Below are positions 1 to 10,215 of a stretch of DNA of 64,000 bases, in pieces. Origin of the DNA: a bacterium (GTDB lineage: Bacteria; UBA8248); the NCBI GenBank assembly GCA_965202625.1, contig CBDBBI010000010.1:2560001-2624000 (forward strand), written 5' to 3'. Every line of letters starts with the position of its first letter. Positions within the stretch are counted from its first letter, which is position 1. The notes under the pieces were generated by a model that saw only the letters and a list, made by a program, of their open reading frames with translations, ran no database searches and was not told the origin of the DNA. Both the position numbers and the translations under genes were made by a program.

Positions 1-28
1 CCCGTTGGCGGGCGTCATCGGCTCCTAG
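1..28 (+). CDS. 3' end of an upstream gene, possibly thiazole synthase (partial)
   Basis: Frame 2 reads PLAGVIGS-stop, like the SSP..G C-terminus of ThiG; directly upstream of thiE. Only 8 codons visible. Confidence 0.3.
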
Positions 29-49
29 GTCTCCGGCGGCGAAAAAATC

Positions 50-673
50 TTGAAGCCCCGCCTCGACCCGCTGTATCTCATCACCGACAGAAACGCCCCT
101 GAGTCGGGCGATCTTCTGGGCGCACTGGAGGCGGCCCTCGCCGGCGGAGTGCGCTTCGTCCAGTTCAGAGAAAAGGATTTGCCCCCTCTGGAACGGCTGA
201 AACTGGGAAGGGAGGTCGCCGCCCTGGCGGAGAGATACGGCGCGTTCATGCTCGTAAACGGGGAGCCCGCGCTGGCCGAGGCTCTCGGCGCGCCGGGACT
301 CCACCTGGGCAGGGCTACGGTTTCCGTCTCGGTGATGCGGGCGCGGGGGTATCGGGGCGTCATCGGCTATTCCGCCCACGGCGGAGAGGAGGCGGCGGAG
401 GCACTCGCCGCCGGCGCGGATTTCGTCACCCTCAGCCCCGTCTTTCCGAGCGTCAGCAAATTCTCCTCCGGCCCCGTCCTGGGGCTTGACGCCTTCGAGC
501 GCGCCCTTGGCGTCTGTGAGGGGCCCGTCTATGCCTTGGGTGGCGTGGGGGCTGCGAACGCGGCGGCTTGTCTGGCGAGAGGCGCGCGCGGCGTCGCGCT
601 CATCGGCGCGATTCTCGGAGCGGACGATCCGGTCCGGGCGGTCCGGGAGGTGCGCGCGGCCTTGTCCGTTTAG
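50..673 (+). CDS. thiE: thiamine-phosphate synthase
   Basis: LYLITD, VQFREKD, GLHLG, IGYSAH, GADFVTLSPVFPS, VYALGGV motifs. Confidence 0.9.
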   Translation: MKPRLDPLYLITDRNAPESGDLLGALEAALAGGVRFVQFREKDLPPLERLKLGREVAALAERYGAFMLVNGEPALAEALGAPGLHLGRATVSVSVMRARGYRGVIGYSAHGGEEAAEALAAGADFVTLSPVFPSVSKFSSGPVLGLDAFERALGVCEGPVYALGGVGAANAAACLARGARGVALIGAILGADDPVRAVREVRAALSV

Positions 674-783
674 GCGCGCGGTCAAGTTGCGCGCCAGCCC
701 CTTGAGAAATCCGCCTGAATGCTCAACAATGGCGCAAAATTTCCATTCTCATGGTTTTCACGCGACCGACTGGGGGGACTCTC

Positions 784-2739
<1,956 letters not shown>

Positions 2740-2765
2740 AGGGAAGGCGTCGCACGACATAAGCC

Positions 2766-2873
2766 CGTCATTCCGGCGAAAGCCGCAAACCATGAGGGGC
2801 GAGAAATATACGGCCCCTGGATTCCGGCCCGTCGCCCAGGCGTCGCGGAATCCGCTCTTGCACTGGAATGACG
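2766..2873. repeat. REP-like palindromic element
   Basis: Terminal inverted repeat CGTCATTCC (2766-2774) / GGAATGACG (2865-2873) with internal GGCGAAAGCC and CTGGATTCCGGC, resembling widespread GTCATTCC..GGAATC..GATTCC..GGAATGAC extragenic palindromes. Confidence 0.65.
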
Positions 2874-3089
2874 ACCCGCCAGAGCGTGAAGGAGAACGGC
2901 TGGCCCTCGCCCGCGTTGAAAAAGAGGGGATAGCGGCTCGGTAGCCGGAATGGGCGATGCAGGCGAATTATGGGACGGCCTCGTCGCTCTTTTGCAGGTC
3001 GCTGCTCTTGATCGGAAAGACGTGCGCATCATCCTATGCGCTACTTCTGCCCAACTCCCCAAAGGATGGGATTTACTGGAGGTTTGAAA

Positions 3090-3536
3090 ATGACGGGAAA
3101 AACACGCAGAAAAAAAACGCAGCTTGGCAGGAAAATCGGAGGAATCCTCGCTAAAATAGACATGAAGCGAGAAGACCTCGAGAGCGGCGCCGGAATAACA
3201 AAGTATAAGATGGGAAAAATCATGTTTGAGAAGAGATATGACAGGATCGCTCTCGAACGTCTTATGTCCTTCCTGGATGGACATTTCACGGACGAGGAGA
3301 AATCTCTTTTTATGGAGGGCGCTAGTTCTTCAGTGAACAGGAAATACCGCATTATTGAATTCAGGGTTAAAACAGATTCCTGGGAAGAGAAGGTGTTGAA
3401 TACCTTTAACGCATACCTCACATCTGAAGTAGAAAAGGAAGGATACGGCAAAAGGAGCCTGTATTTGCTTTTGCAGTTGATCGGAGACAGGGTGAGCGAT
3501 GGACGTCCCGAAGCAAATGTGACATCGGTTAAGTGA
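3090..3536 (+). CDS. small HTH-like protein, phage-like; paralog of 7820-8254 and of 3803-3928
   Basis: GGAGG RBS; basic N-terminus followed by REDLESGAGITKYKMGKIM, a helix-turn-helix-like pattern; aligns by eye with two other copies in the island. Confidence 0.6.
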   Translation: MTGKTRRKKTQLGRKIGGILAKIDMKREDLESGAGITKYKMGKIMFEKRYDRIALERLMSFLDGHFTDEEKSLFMEGASSSVNRKYRIIEFRVKTDSWEEKVLNTFNAYLTSEVEKEGYGKRSLYLLLQLIGDRVSDGRPEANVTSVK

Positions 3537-4114
3537 ATCTGCATCCGTTCCAAAACGACATAGTGGAGAATGTGTCGAGGAGCTTTCGTTCGGTCAGATC
3601 GGTTTGCATTGTTTTGCCTACGGGTGCGGGCAAGACCATCATCGCCGGTGAAATATCCCGTCGCATATTTCGGCAGATGCAGGGACAAAAGGGCGTTGTC
3701 TGCCTTTACCTCGTCCACCGACAGGAGCTTTTATGGCAGACGGTGCGCACGCTGAAACAATTTGGACTTGACCGATATGTCGGCATTGTCGCCGCTGGAC
3801 AGCACGTAATTCGCCAAATGGTGTATGACGATCGCTACTCCCCCGACGTGCTCGACAAACTTGTCGCCGCCTTTCCGACGTTTTTTGACGAGGAAAACAT
3901 CCATCGTTTTCGCGCAAAAGCACAATCCGGAGAGGCGTCGCAGCCTGGGCTTCTTGATAAGATGTGGGATTTGATGGGATATGTGGGCGGATGGGCAGCA
4001 TGTGCCCGGAAACCCGGTATTTTCAAACCATCCTCTGGTCCGCCCGATACAACAGATCAACAAGAATTCACCGATGCAACAGATGAAGAATTAAAAGAGT
4101 TGATGGCATATTAG
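3533..4114 (+). pseudogene. chimeric ORF: N-terminal fragment of a DEAD/DEAH (ResIII-like) helicase fused to an HTH-family fragment
   Basis: LHPFQ Q-motif, LPTGAGKT Walker A, LVHRQELLWQ motif Ia, but no DExH; after about aa 90 the sequence matches the island HTH-like family. Confidence 0.6.
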
Positions 4115-4179
4115 GAAGATATTGATGACGTTTCCGCTTCTCCGCCACCAGATCCAGAAGAAGAGGAGCTGTCTGGGTG

Positions 4180-5274
4180 ATGCGTCTGGAAGAAACCTTG
4201 AAAAAGGCGGTCGCTCTCATTCGCTCCGGCGTGCTGAACAACGAGGCGGGAGTCAAACTGTCGGTGATTTTGCCGATTCTGCGCGCCCTGGATTGGGAAG
4301 ACGATAATCCAGACGAAATCAGGCCGGATGTTTCCATCGCCGGCGGCAAGGTGGACTATCTATTGCTCCGCAGGCATGGCGAACCGCTGGCTTTCATGAA
4401 AATCAGACGTTCTGGCTCTATGGACGCTGCGGATGAGAAGTATTTGTTCGCATATGCCTCCAAAAATAAGATTCCGTTCGTCATTTTGACGGACGGCAAC
4501 CTGTGGGATTTTTATCTCAGCACGGCGAACGGCACCCTCTCCGAGCGCCGATTCTACCGAGCGGAATTGAAGCGCGAGGAAAGGATTTCCGAATACGTAG
4601 AGTCTCTGGAGATATTTCTTTTCCGGAGTCGCGTTGTCTCAGGCGAAGCGAGGCGCGCGGCGGAGCAACGGCTCAGGGAACGCTGGGGCGACGCGATGCT
4701 GCGCGCCTGGCGGAAGCTGGTGGACGCTTCAAATCGGGCGCGTGGAGAGAGGCTTCGCAACCTGCTTACGGAAGAGGTGGAGGACGAATGCGGAACGAGG
4801 CCGCACCCGGACGATGTAAAGAAGTTTTTGAAGGGGCTTATTCCCGATGTCCCGCCACCTCCTCCGCCACCCCCACCCCCGCCGAAACTTGGTGAGTTGA
4901 GGCTGATTGAAAAGAACTCCAAAATTATCGGCTTCATTCTGGACGGCAAGCGCGTGGAAACGGGCGTTGGTAGTCGAACCCTGGCCGAAGTGATAAAAAA
5001 GTTCGCCCGCCGCGATTCTGGTTTTATGGAGCGCTTCGCCGCTCAAACGGTGAGCAAAAGCAAGCAAGGGGATGGGACTCCAATACAACGATTGGTGGCG
5101 CGGAATCGCCAGGACATTAACGTCAGGCCCGATTTGGCGGTGAAACACTCCCGAGACTTGGAAAATGGATGGTGGCTGGGGACTTGTCGCAACATGAGCC
5201 AAATACGAAACTACATCAAAATCGCTTGCGAGATCGCGGGCGTGAAGTTCAGCGCGCAGTTTGAAGCTGATTGA
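4180..5274 (+). CDS. type I restriction HsdR N-terminal-like protein with polyproline linker and SeqA-like C-terminal domain; nuclease motif degenerate
   Basis: EAGVK..ILPILRALDW, VDY, ILTDGNLWDFY; the E-x-K position reads MKIR; P10 linker; C-terminal RLVAR..GWWLGT. Confidence 0.7.
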   Translation: MRLEETLKKAVALIRSGVLNNEAGVKLSVILPILRALDWEDDNPDEIRPDVSIAGGKVDYLLLRRHGEPLAFMKIRRSGSMDAADEKYLFAYASKNKIPFVILTDGNLWDFYLSTANGTLSERRFYRAELKREERISEYVESLEIFLFRSRVVSGEARRAAEQRLRERWGDAMLRAWRKLVDASNRARGERLRNLLTEEVEDECGTRPHPDDVKKFLKGLIPDVPPPPPPPPPPPKLGELRLIEKNSKIIGFILDGKRVETGVGSRTLAEVIKKFARRDSGFMERFAAQTVSKSKQGDGTPIQRLVARNRQDINVRPDLAVKHSRDLENGWWLGTCRNMSQIRNYIKIACEIAGVKFSAQFEAD

Positions 5275-5349
5275 AATTTGACGCGCGCCTAGGGGAGGGC
5301 AGCGAACCTTTCACGTTTTCACGCTCTTTTGTCGAGGAGGTATCTGCGG

Positions 5350-7794
5350 ATGTGTCTGGAAGAAACCTTGAAAAAGGCGGCCGAGCATTTCCATCCTGAT
5401 ATGATGGAAGCGCAAGTCAAGCAGGCAGTTGTCCTGCCGATTCTGCGCGCCCTGGATTGGGACGATTCTGACCCGGCCGAGTTCGTGCCGGAGTTTTCTG
5501 TGAGTGAGGGCTACGTAGATTACGCGCTGCTTTGCGCGCCGGATGGTCCGCTGGTTTTCATCGAAGCCAAAAGACCCGGTGGGGTGGATGTAAAGGCTGA
5601 GGAACAGCTGTTTCGATATGCGAACAACAAGGGCGTCCCCCTCCTTATTTTGACGGATGGCGACGCTTGGGATTTTTACCTCAGCATGGCGGTCGGCGAA
5701 CCCGCCAATAGACAGTTCTGCAGAGTGGAGTTGACGCGCGAGGAGAGGATTCCCGAATACGCCAAATTTTTTGAAGTATATCTACGAAAAAGCAACGTCG
5801 CTTCCGGTGAAGCCAAGCGCACTGCGGAGGAAAAACACAAAAACAATAAGGACAAGACGAAAGCGCACAGGGCCATTCCGGGCGTTTGGAGAGAACTCCT
5901 GGAGACTCCGGATGGGAAGCTGTGCGATTTGCTCACCGAAGAGGTGGAGAGCGCCTGCGGAACCAAGCCGCACGCAGACGATGTAAAGCAGTTTTTGAAG
6001 GGGCTTATTCCTGATAAGCCTCCGCCGCAGACCCCGACCTTAAAGAACTCCAATAGGAGATCTCGAGACATTCAGAGCTGTGGAGCCGCAAAAAAGCCGA
6101 AAGAGATAATCCATTTTGAACCCATGTCGGAAACCGAGCATTTTCGCGTCCTTGGATTGCCCGACTCTACAAATGTGGCGATACAAATCAAGGCAACGCA
6201 CGAAATACAGGTCATCCCGCGAGACACGATCCAGCAGGAAGGCAATCTGATCACCATTGCACCGCTGCAATGGTGGATCGAGCAGGCGGGAGGGCAGGGA
6301 TTCGGAAAAAAGGGGATAAGACTGGCTTTTGCAGACTCGATCATTCGCGCGGCAGAAAAAAAGGGAAGCATCAACGTTTCGGAAAGAATCAGGGCGCGCG
6401 GTGCAGCCGTATCGCCAAAAGGCGTCACCTATAACGTTGGCGATGGAGTTCTGGTTGCCGGGCCCGATGGGCGGCTGTCGGATAAAAAGCTGTTCTCGGA
6501 TATGGATGACGAGTACCTGTATGTGCCTGGCCCCAAAATTAAACTCAAGGAGGACGTGCGCGCCGAGCGATGGTGCAAAGAGCTCTATGACGCCGTGATG
6601 GCTTACAGGTGGAACGAAGCGATAGACGGTCGAGCGTTTATGGGATGGATCGTGTCCAGCATAGTGGGAGGCGCACTGGATTTCAGGCCTATGGGGTGGC
6701 TGATAGCCCCCGCATCTACAGGCAAGACTTTCCTTTTGGAAAAGGTATTGACCACAACGCTGGAACATATGGTTTCCGCTTTTGCAAACGCCACGGAAGC
6801 GGCGCTTCGCGCTGTGATGAAATCGGATTCCCTGCCCTGCTATTTCGATGAATTTGAACCGCATGAAGGCGAGGGGCAGAAGTGGGGAAAGATATTGAAC
6901 CTCATTCGGTTGGCTTCTGGCGGAACAGACGCTCATATCAGAGGCACTGCGTCAAACAAGCAGGCTATTATGCACCGTCCACGTTTTTCGATGCTTGTGG
7001 CGAGCAGGATGATGCCGAACCCCTCCACTACTGACGGTTCACATTTTTTCACCATGCGTTTATCGGAAGAGCCTGTAGTGGATTGGCCAAAGGTGCGAGA
7101 TTCCATCCTTGCCGCCACCACTCCTGAAAAGACGATAGCCATCCGAACGCACGTCATACGCAACACTCCATCTATTCTTGCAAGCGTGAACCGAATACTG
7201 GACGACATGTCCCGCGTATTTGGCAAGAAGATGGACATGAGGTTATCCATGATGACTGCGGCGCTCACGGCAGGGGCAGGCTTCATGGGAGGCGATTACA
7301 AGCCATATGTCCTGCGCGATGAGAATAATCCCAACGACACCTACTCCGTCCTCTCCACGCTGCTTACGTCGCTTGTGTACGTCCCTGGCGAGGAAGGCAT
7401 AACGCTGGCCGAGGTGCTGAGGGTGGCGTATTTCACGGAGGATGGGACGTTCATGCCGACTGGAGCGAACCAGATGATGTTGGGCATTGCGAGCCGTCAT
7501 GGTTTTCGCATGGACGGCCCGGAAAGGATGTTTGTAGCGGGCAACCTTGAACCGCAAAACGCGATCATCCAGAGAACGAAATACAGGCATATCGGACTGC
7601 AAGATTATTTTAAGCGGCTGCCTGGCGCAAAGCTCATAAGGGACAAAGACGGATCGTCTATGCGCCTTCGTTTTGGTGGAATGCGCAGGGTCGCCTACGA
7701 ACTTGGCCCAGAAGCCCTTGAAGAGGCGGGATTCACGCCTTCAAAGGGAAGGATAGGAGATGACGACACCATGCCAGTGTATATGCAAAGGTAG
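5350..7794 (+). CDS. HsdR-N-like PD-(D/E)XK nuclease fused to a phage primase/helicase-type P-loop ATPase
   Basis: PEF..VDYAL..FIEAK..EQL..ILTDG; later IAPLQWW, GALDFRP, APASTGKT (Walker A), ATEAALR, CYFDEFE (Walker B). Confidence 0.75.
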   Translation: MCLEETLKKAAEHFHPDMMEAQVKQAVVLPILRALDWDDSDPAEFVPEFSVSEGYVDYALLCAPDGPLVFIEAKRPGGVDVKAEEQLFRYANNKGVPLLILTDGDAWDFYLSMAVGEPANRQFCRVELTREERIPEYAKFFEVYLRKSNVASGEAKRTAEEKHKNNKDKTKAHRAIPGVWRELLETPDGKLCDLLTEEVESACGTKPHADDVKQFLKGLIPDKPPPQTPTLKNSNRRSRDIQSCGAAKKPKEIIHFEPMSETEHFRVLGLPDSTNVAIQIKATHEIQVIPRDTIQQEGNLITIAPLQWWIEQAGGQGFGKKGIRLAFADSIIRAAEKKGSINVSERIRARGAAVSPKGVTYNVGDGVLVAGPDGRLSDKKLFSDMDDEYLYVPGPKIKLKEDVRAERWCKELYDAVMAYRWNEAIDGRAFMGWIVSSIVGGALDFRPMGWLIAPASTGKTFLLEKVLTTTLEHMVSAFANATEAALRAVMKSDSLPCYFDEFEPHEGEGQKWGKILNLIRLASGGTDAHIRGTASNKQAIMHRPRFSMLVASRMMPNPSTTDGSHFFTMRLSEEPVVDWPKVRDSILAATTPEKTIAIRTHVIRNTPSILASVNRILDDMSRVFGKKMDMRLSMMTAALTAGAGFMGGDYKPYVLRDENNPNDTYSVLSTLLTSLVYVPGEEGITLAEVLRVAYFTEDGTFMPTGANQMMLGIASRHGFRMDGPERMFVAGNLEPQNAIIQRTKYRHIGLQDYFKRLPGAKLIRDKDGSSMRLRFGGMRRVAYELGPEALEEAGFTPSKGRIGDDDTMPVYMQR

Positions 7795-7819
7795 AAGAAG
7801 GAAGGGGGCGAGGTCCATT

Positions 7820-8254
7820 TTATAGTGTTTGCTCTTCCTGTTCTGTTTCTAGTGTTTCATCTTTTGCGGCCAAGCGCCAATCTTGCAAATGGGCTATCAA
7901 ATCCTTGAACATATTGTTATCTTTACGTTTCTGTTTCAAGGTTTTCTGCAATTCATCTAGCATTTTTTCTTCAAATGAACCCCGCCTCACCGTAAAACGA
8001 AAATGCCGCCATGAGTTGTGCGATTGTGCGGTTTCGCGAAAATGTTCCTTATCTTTGTCGTCAAAGTATGCAGGGAACAGTTCAAATATCTTTTCAAGCG
8101 CAGACGGATTCTAACTGTCACTGAAAAGCATTTGACCTAGTTGATATCGCGTTAGTCCAGTTGCGCGAAGCATCTCCCCTCGCAATATATTCATGTCCAC
8201 GGCGGCATTCATAATTTTTTTGCCCAGTGTTGTGTATTTCCTTTTTTCCGTTGC
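7820..8254 (-). pseudogene. interrupted paralog of the 3090-3536 HTH-like protein
   Basis: Manual translation KRKYTTLGKKIMNAAVDMNILRGEMLRATGLTRYQLGQMLFSDS*NPSALEKIFELFPAYFDDKDKEHFRETAQS...; in-frame TAG at 8111-8113 where paralogs have Tyr; not in the ORF track. Confidence 0.7.
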
Positions 8255-8399
8255 TTATCCGGTATGTCAAATCTCCAATGTAGCCAAACAAAAATCATTG
8301 CGAAACGCTTGGGGGAAAGGATGTTTTTTCGTGCGTAAACGGCCCGTGAAAAGGCGTTGCAAAAAAAGCCGTTCAAGGCAGGTCGTCGAGCGTGCTGGG

Positions 8400-8423
8400 G
8401 GCGAGGGCGTCCGCGTCCTCGCC
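8400..8423 (-). terminator. GC-rich hairpin just downstream of recN
   Basis: GGCGAGGGCG-tccg-CGTCCTCGCC stem-loop; no clear U-tract. Confidence 0.3.
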
Positions 8424-8428
8424 GCCTC

Positions 8429-10144
8429 TCAGTCCGCCTTCCCCAGCATCTCCCGCGCGTGCTGGCGCGCCGCGTCCGTAATCGCAAGCCCCGCTCCCAT
8501 GCGGGCGATCTCCTCCACCCGCTCCTCATCCGCCAGAGCGTGAATCGTCGTGGCGGTGCGGTCGTTCACGACCCGCTTCTCCGCCCGAAAATGGCGATCC
8601 CCCAGGCTGGCCACCTGCGGCAGGTGAGTGACCACGAGCACCTGATGGTTTTCCGACACCGCCTTGAGTTTTCTTCCCACAACCTCGGCTGCGGCCCCGC
8701 CGACGCCGGCGTCCACCTCGTCGAAGATGAGCGTGGGGATGAGGTCTGCGCGTCCCAGGACGGATTCGAGGGCGAGCATGAGCCGGGAGAGCTCCCCGCC
8801 CGAGGCGACGCGGCGCAAGGGACGCGGGGGTTCGCCCGGATTCGGGGAGAAATGAAACTCCGCGCGGTCAACGCCGTCGGCGCGAAGCGCGACCGTTTTC
8901 TGATCGCGCCGGATGAAGCCCGCCGCCGTCTCCTGGTGCGTGATGCGCGTCTGAAACGCAGCCCCCGCCAGCCCCAGCTCGTCCAACCCTCTCTCCACTC
9001 CCGCATCGAGCCCTCTGGACGCCTCTTCTCTTATTCTGGAGAGGCAGAGGGCGATTCGCGCGATCTTCTTTTGCAGCCCGTCGCGCTCCTCCGCAAGGCG
9101 CGCTTCGGTTCCCGCTTCGTCCGCAACCTCCTCGAGGTCGTTTCGGCGCCTCTCCAAAAAGGCGAGACATTCCGCCTCGTCGCTCCCGTATTTCCTGATC
9201 ATCTCTCGAATGAAGGCGCGTCTCGCCTCGAGGGACTCCAGGCGTTCGGGGTCGTCGGCTATCCCCGCCGCGTAGTCTCGAAGCGCGTCCGCCAGGTTTT
9301 CCAGCTGCGCCTGGGCGGAGGCGGCCTCATCCAGAAGCGGACGCAGGGATGCGTCTAGACGGACCATGCCTTCGAGTTCCCTGCGGATTTCGCCCGTTTT
9401 CTCGACGACCGCACCCTCCGCTCCATACAGCCGCTCGTAGAGCGATGCGGCGACCCCTCCCAGAAACTCTGCGTTTTTCAGTTTGGGCAGCTCACCCTCA
9501 ATCTCCGCCAGCTCGCCGGGACGCAGGCGGGCGCTTTCCAGCTCCTCCACCTGGAAGCGCAACAGGTCGGCTCTCTGGGCGCGCTCCCGGACGCCCTCCT
9601 TGTGCGCGCGGAGTTTTTCCTCGACCGCGTGAAGCGCCCTCGCCAACGGGCCCAGGGAGTCTCTTTGCGCGCGCGTCCGCGCGAAGTCGTCCAGCAGTTC
9701 CAGATGGGTGGCGGGGCGAAGGAGGCTCTGGTGCGCGTGCTGGCCATGGACGTTCACCAGACGCTCGCCCACGGCGCAGAGCAAGGACGTCGGCCCCATC
9801 GCGCCGTTCAGATACACCCGGCTTCTGCCGTTCTTGGCGACCCGGCGCCGCACGATGAGCTCGCCCCCATCCGGAACGTCCACGCCCGCCTCGCCGAGCA
9901 GGGCGCGCGCCGCGAGACCGCCTGCGGCGTCCGGTATCTCGAAGGCGGCCTCGACGATGGCCCCGGCCGCGCCCGCGCGCACCATGTCGCTTCGCGCGCG
10001 TGCGCCCAGAGTGAGGCCCAGGGCGTCGAAGACGATGGACTTGCCCGCGCCCGTCTCCCCCGTCAGGACGTTGAGCCCCGGCCCGAAGGCGACCTCGAGA
10101 TCGTCGATGATGGCGAAGTTCGCGATTCTCAGAACGCGGAGCAT
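8429..10144 (-). CDS. recN: DNA repair protein RecN
   Basis: LTGETGAGKS, VHGQH, ASGGELSR, IFDEVDAGVGG, VTHLPQVA. Confidence 0.97.
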   Translation of the reverse strand: MLRVLRIANFAIIDDLEVAFGPGLNVLTGETGAGKSIVFDALGLTLGARARSDMVRAGAAGAIVEAAFEIPDAAGGLAARALLGEAGVDVPDGGELIVRRRVAKNGRSRVYLNGAMGPTSLLCAVGERLVNVHGQHAHQSLLRPATHLELLDDFARTRAQRDSLGPLARALHAVEEKLRAHKEGVRERAQRADLLRFQVEELESARLRPGELAEIEGELPKLKNAEFLGGVAASLYERLYGAEGAVVEKTGEIRRELEGMVRLDASLRPLLDEAASAQAQLENLADALRDYAAGIADDPERLESLEARRAFIREMIRKYGSDEAECLAFLERRRNDLEEVADEAGTEARLAEERDGLQKKIARIALCLSRIREEASRGLDAGVERGLDELGLAGAAFQTRITHQETAAGFIRRDQKTVALRADGVDRAEFHFSPNPGEPPRPLRRVASGGELSRLMLALESVLGRADLIPTLIFDEVDAGVGGAAAEVVGRKLKAVSENHQVLVVTHLPQVASLGDRHFRAEKRVVNDRTATTIHALADEERVEEIARMGAGLAITDAARQHAREMLGKAD

Positions 10145-10215
10145 GGCGGACTAGAATCTCCGCCCGCCGCTCGCACCGCTCGCATCTTTGAAAAATCTTG
10201 TGTTGACGCTCCTCG

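Noticed and set aside
2926-3020. GGGGATAGCGGCTCGGTAG.. as a possible tRNA at the island border
   Set aside because: No TTCGA T-loop or cloverleaf could be built
4851-4885. CCN-rich tract as a DNA repeat or phase-variation site
   Set aside because: Mixed Pro codons encoding a linker, not a pure repeat
4159-6053. Duplicated segments as a DGR template/variable repeat pair or CRISPR-like array
   Set aside because: Differences are not adenine-restricted, both copies are coding, and no reverse transcriptase or regular repeat-spacer pattern is present
8111-8113. In-frame TAG as evidence of stop-codon recoding (also TGA at 12799)
   Set aside because: TAG sits at a Tyr position one substitution away; TAG and TGA terminate many genes here; the surrounding genes show other decay
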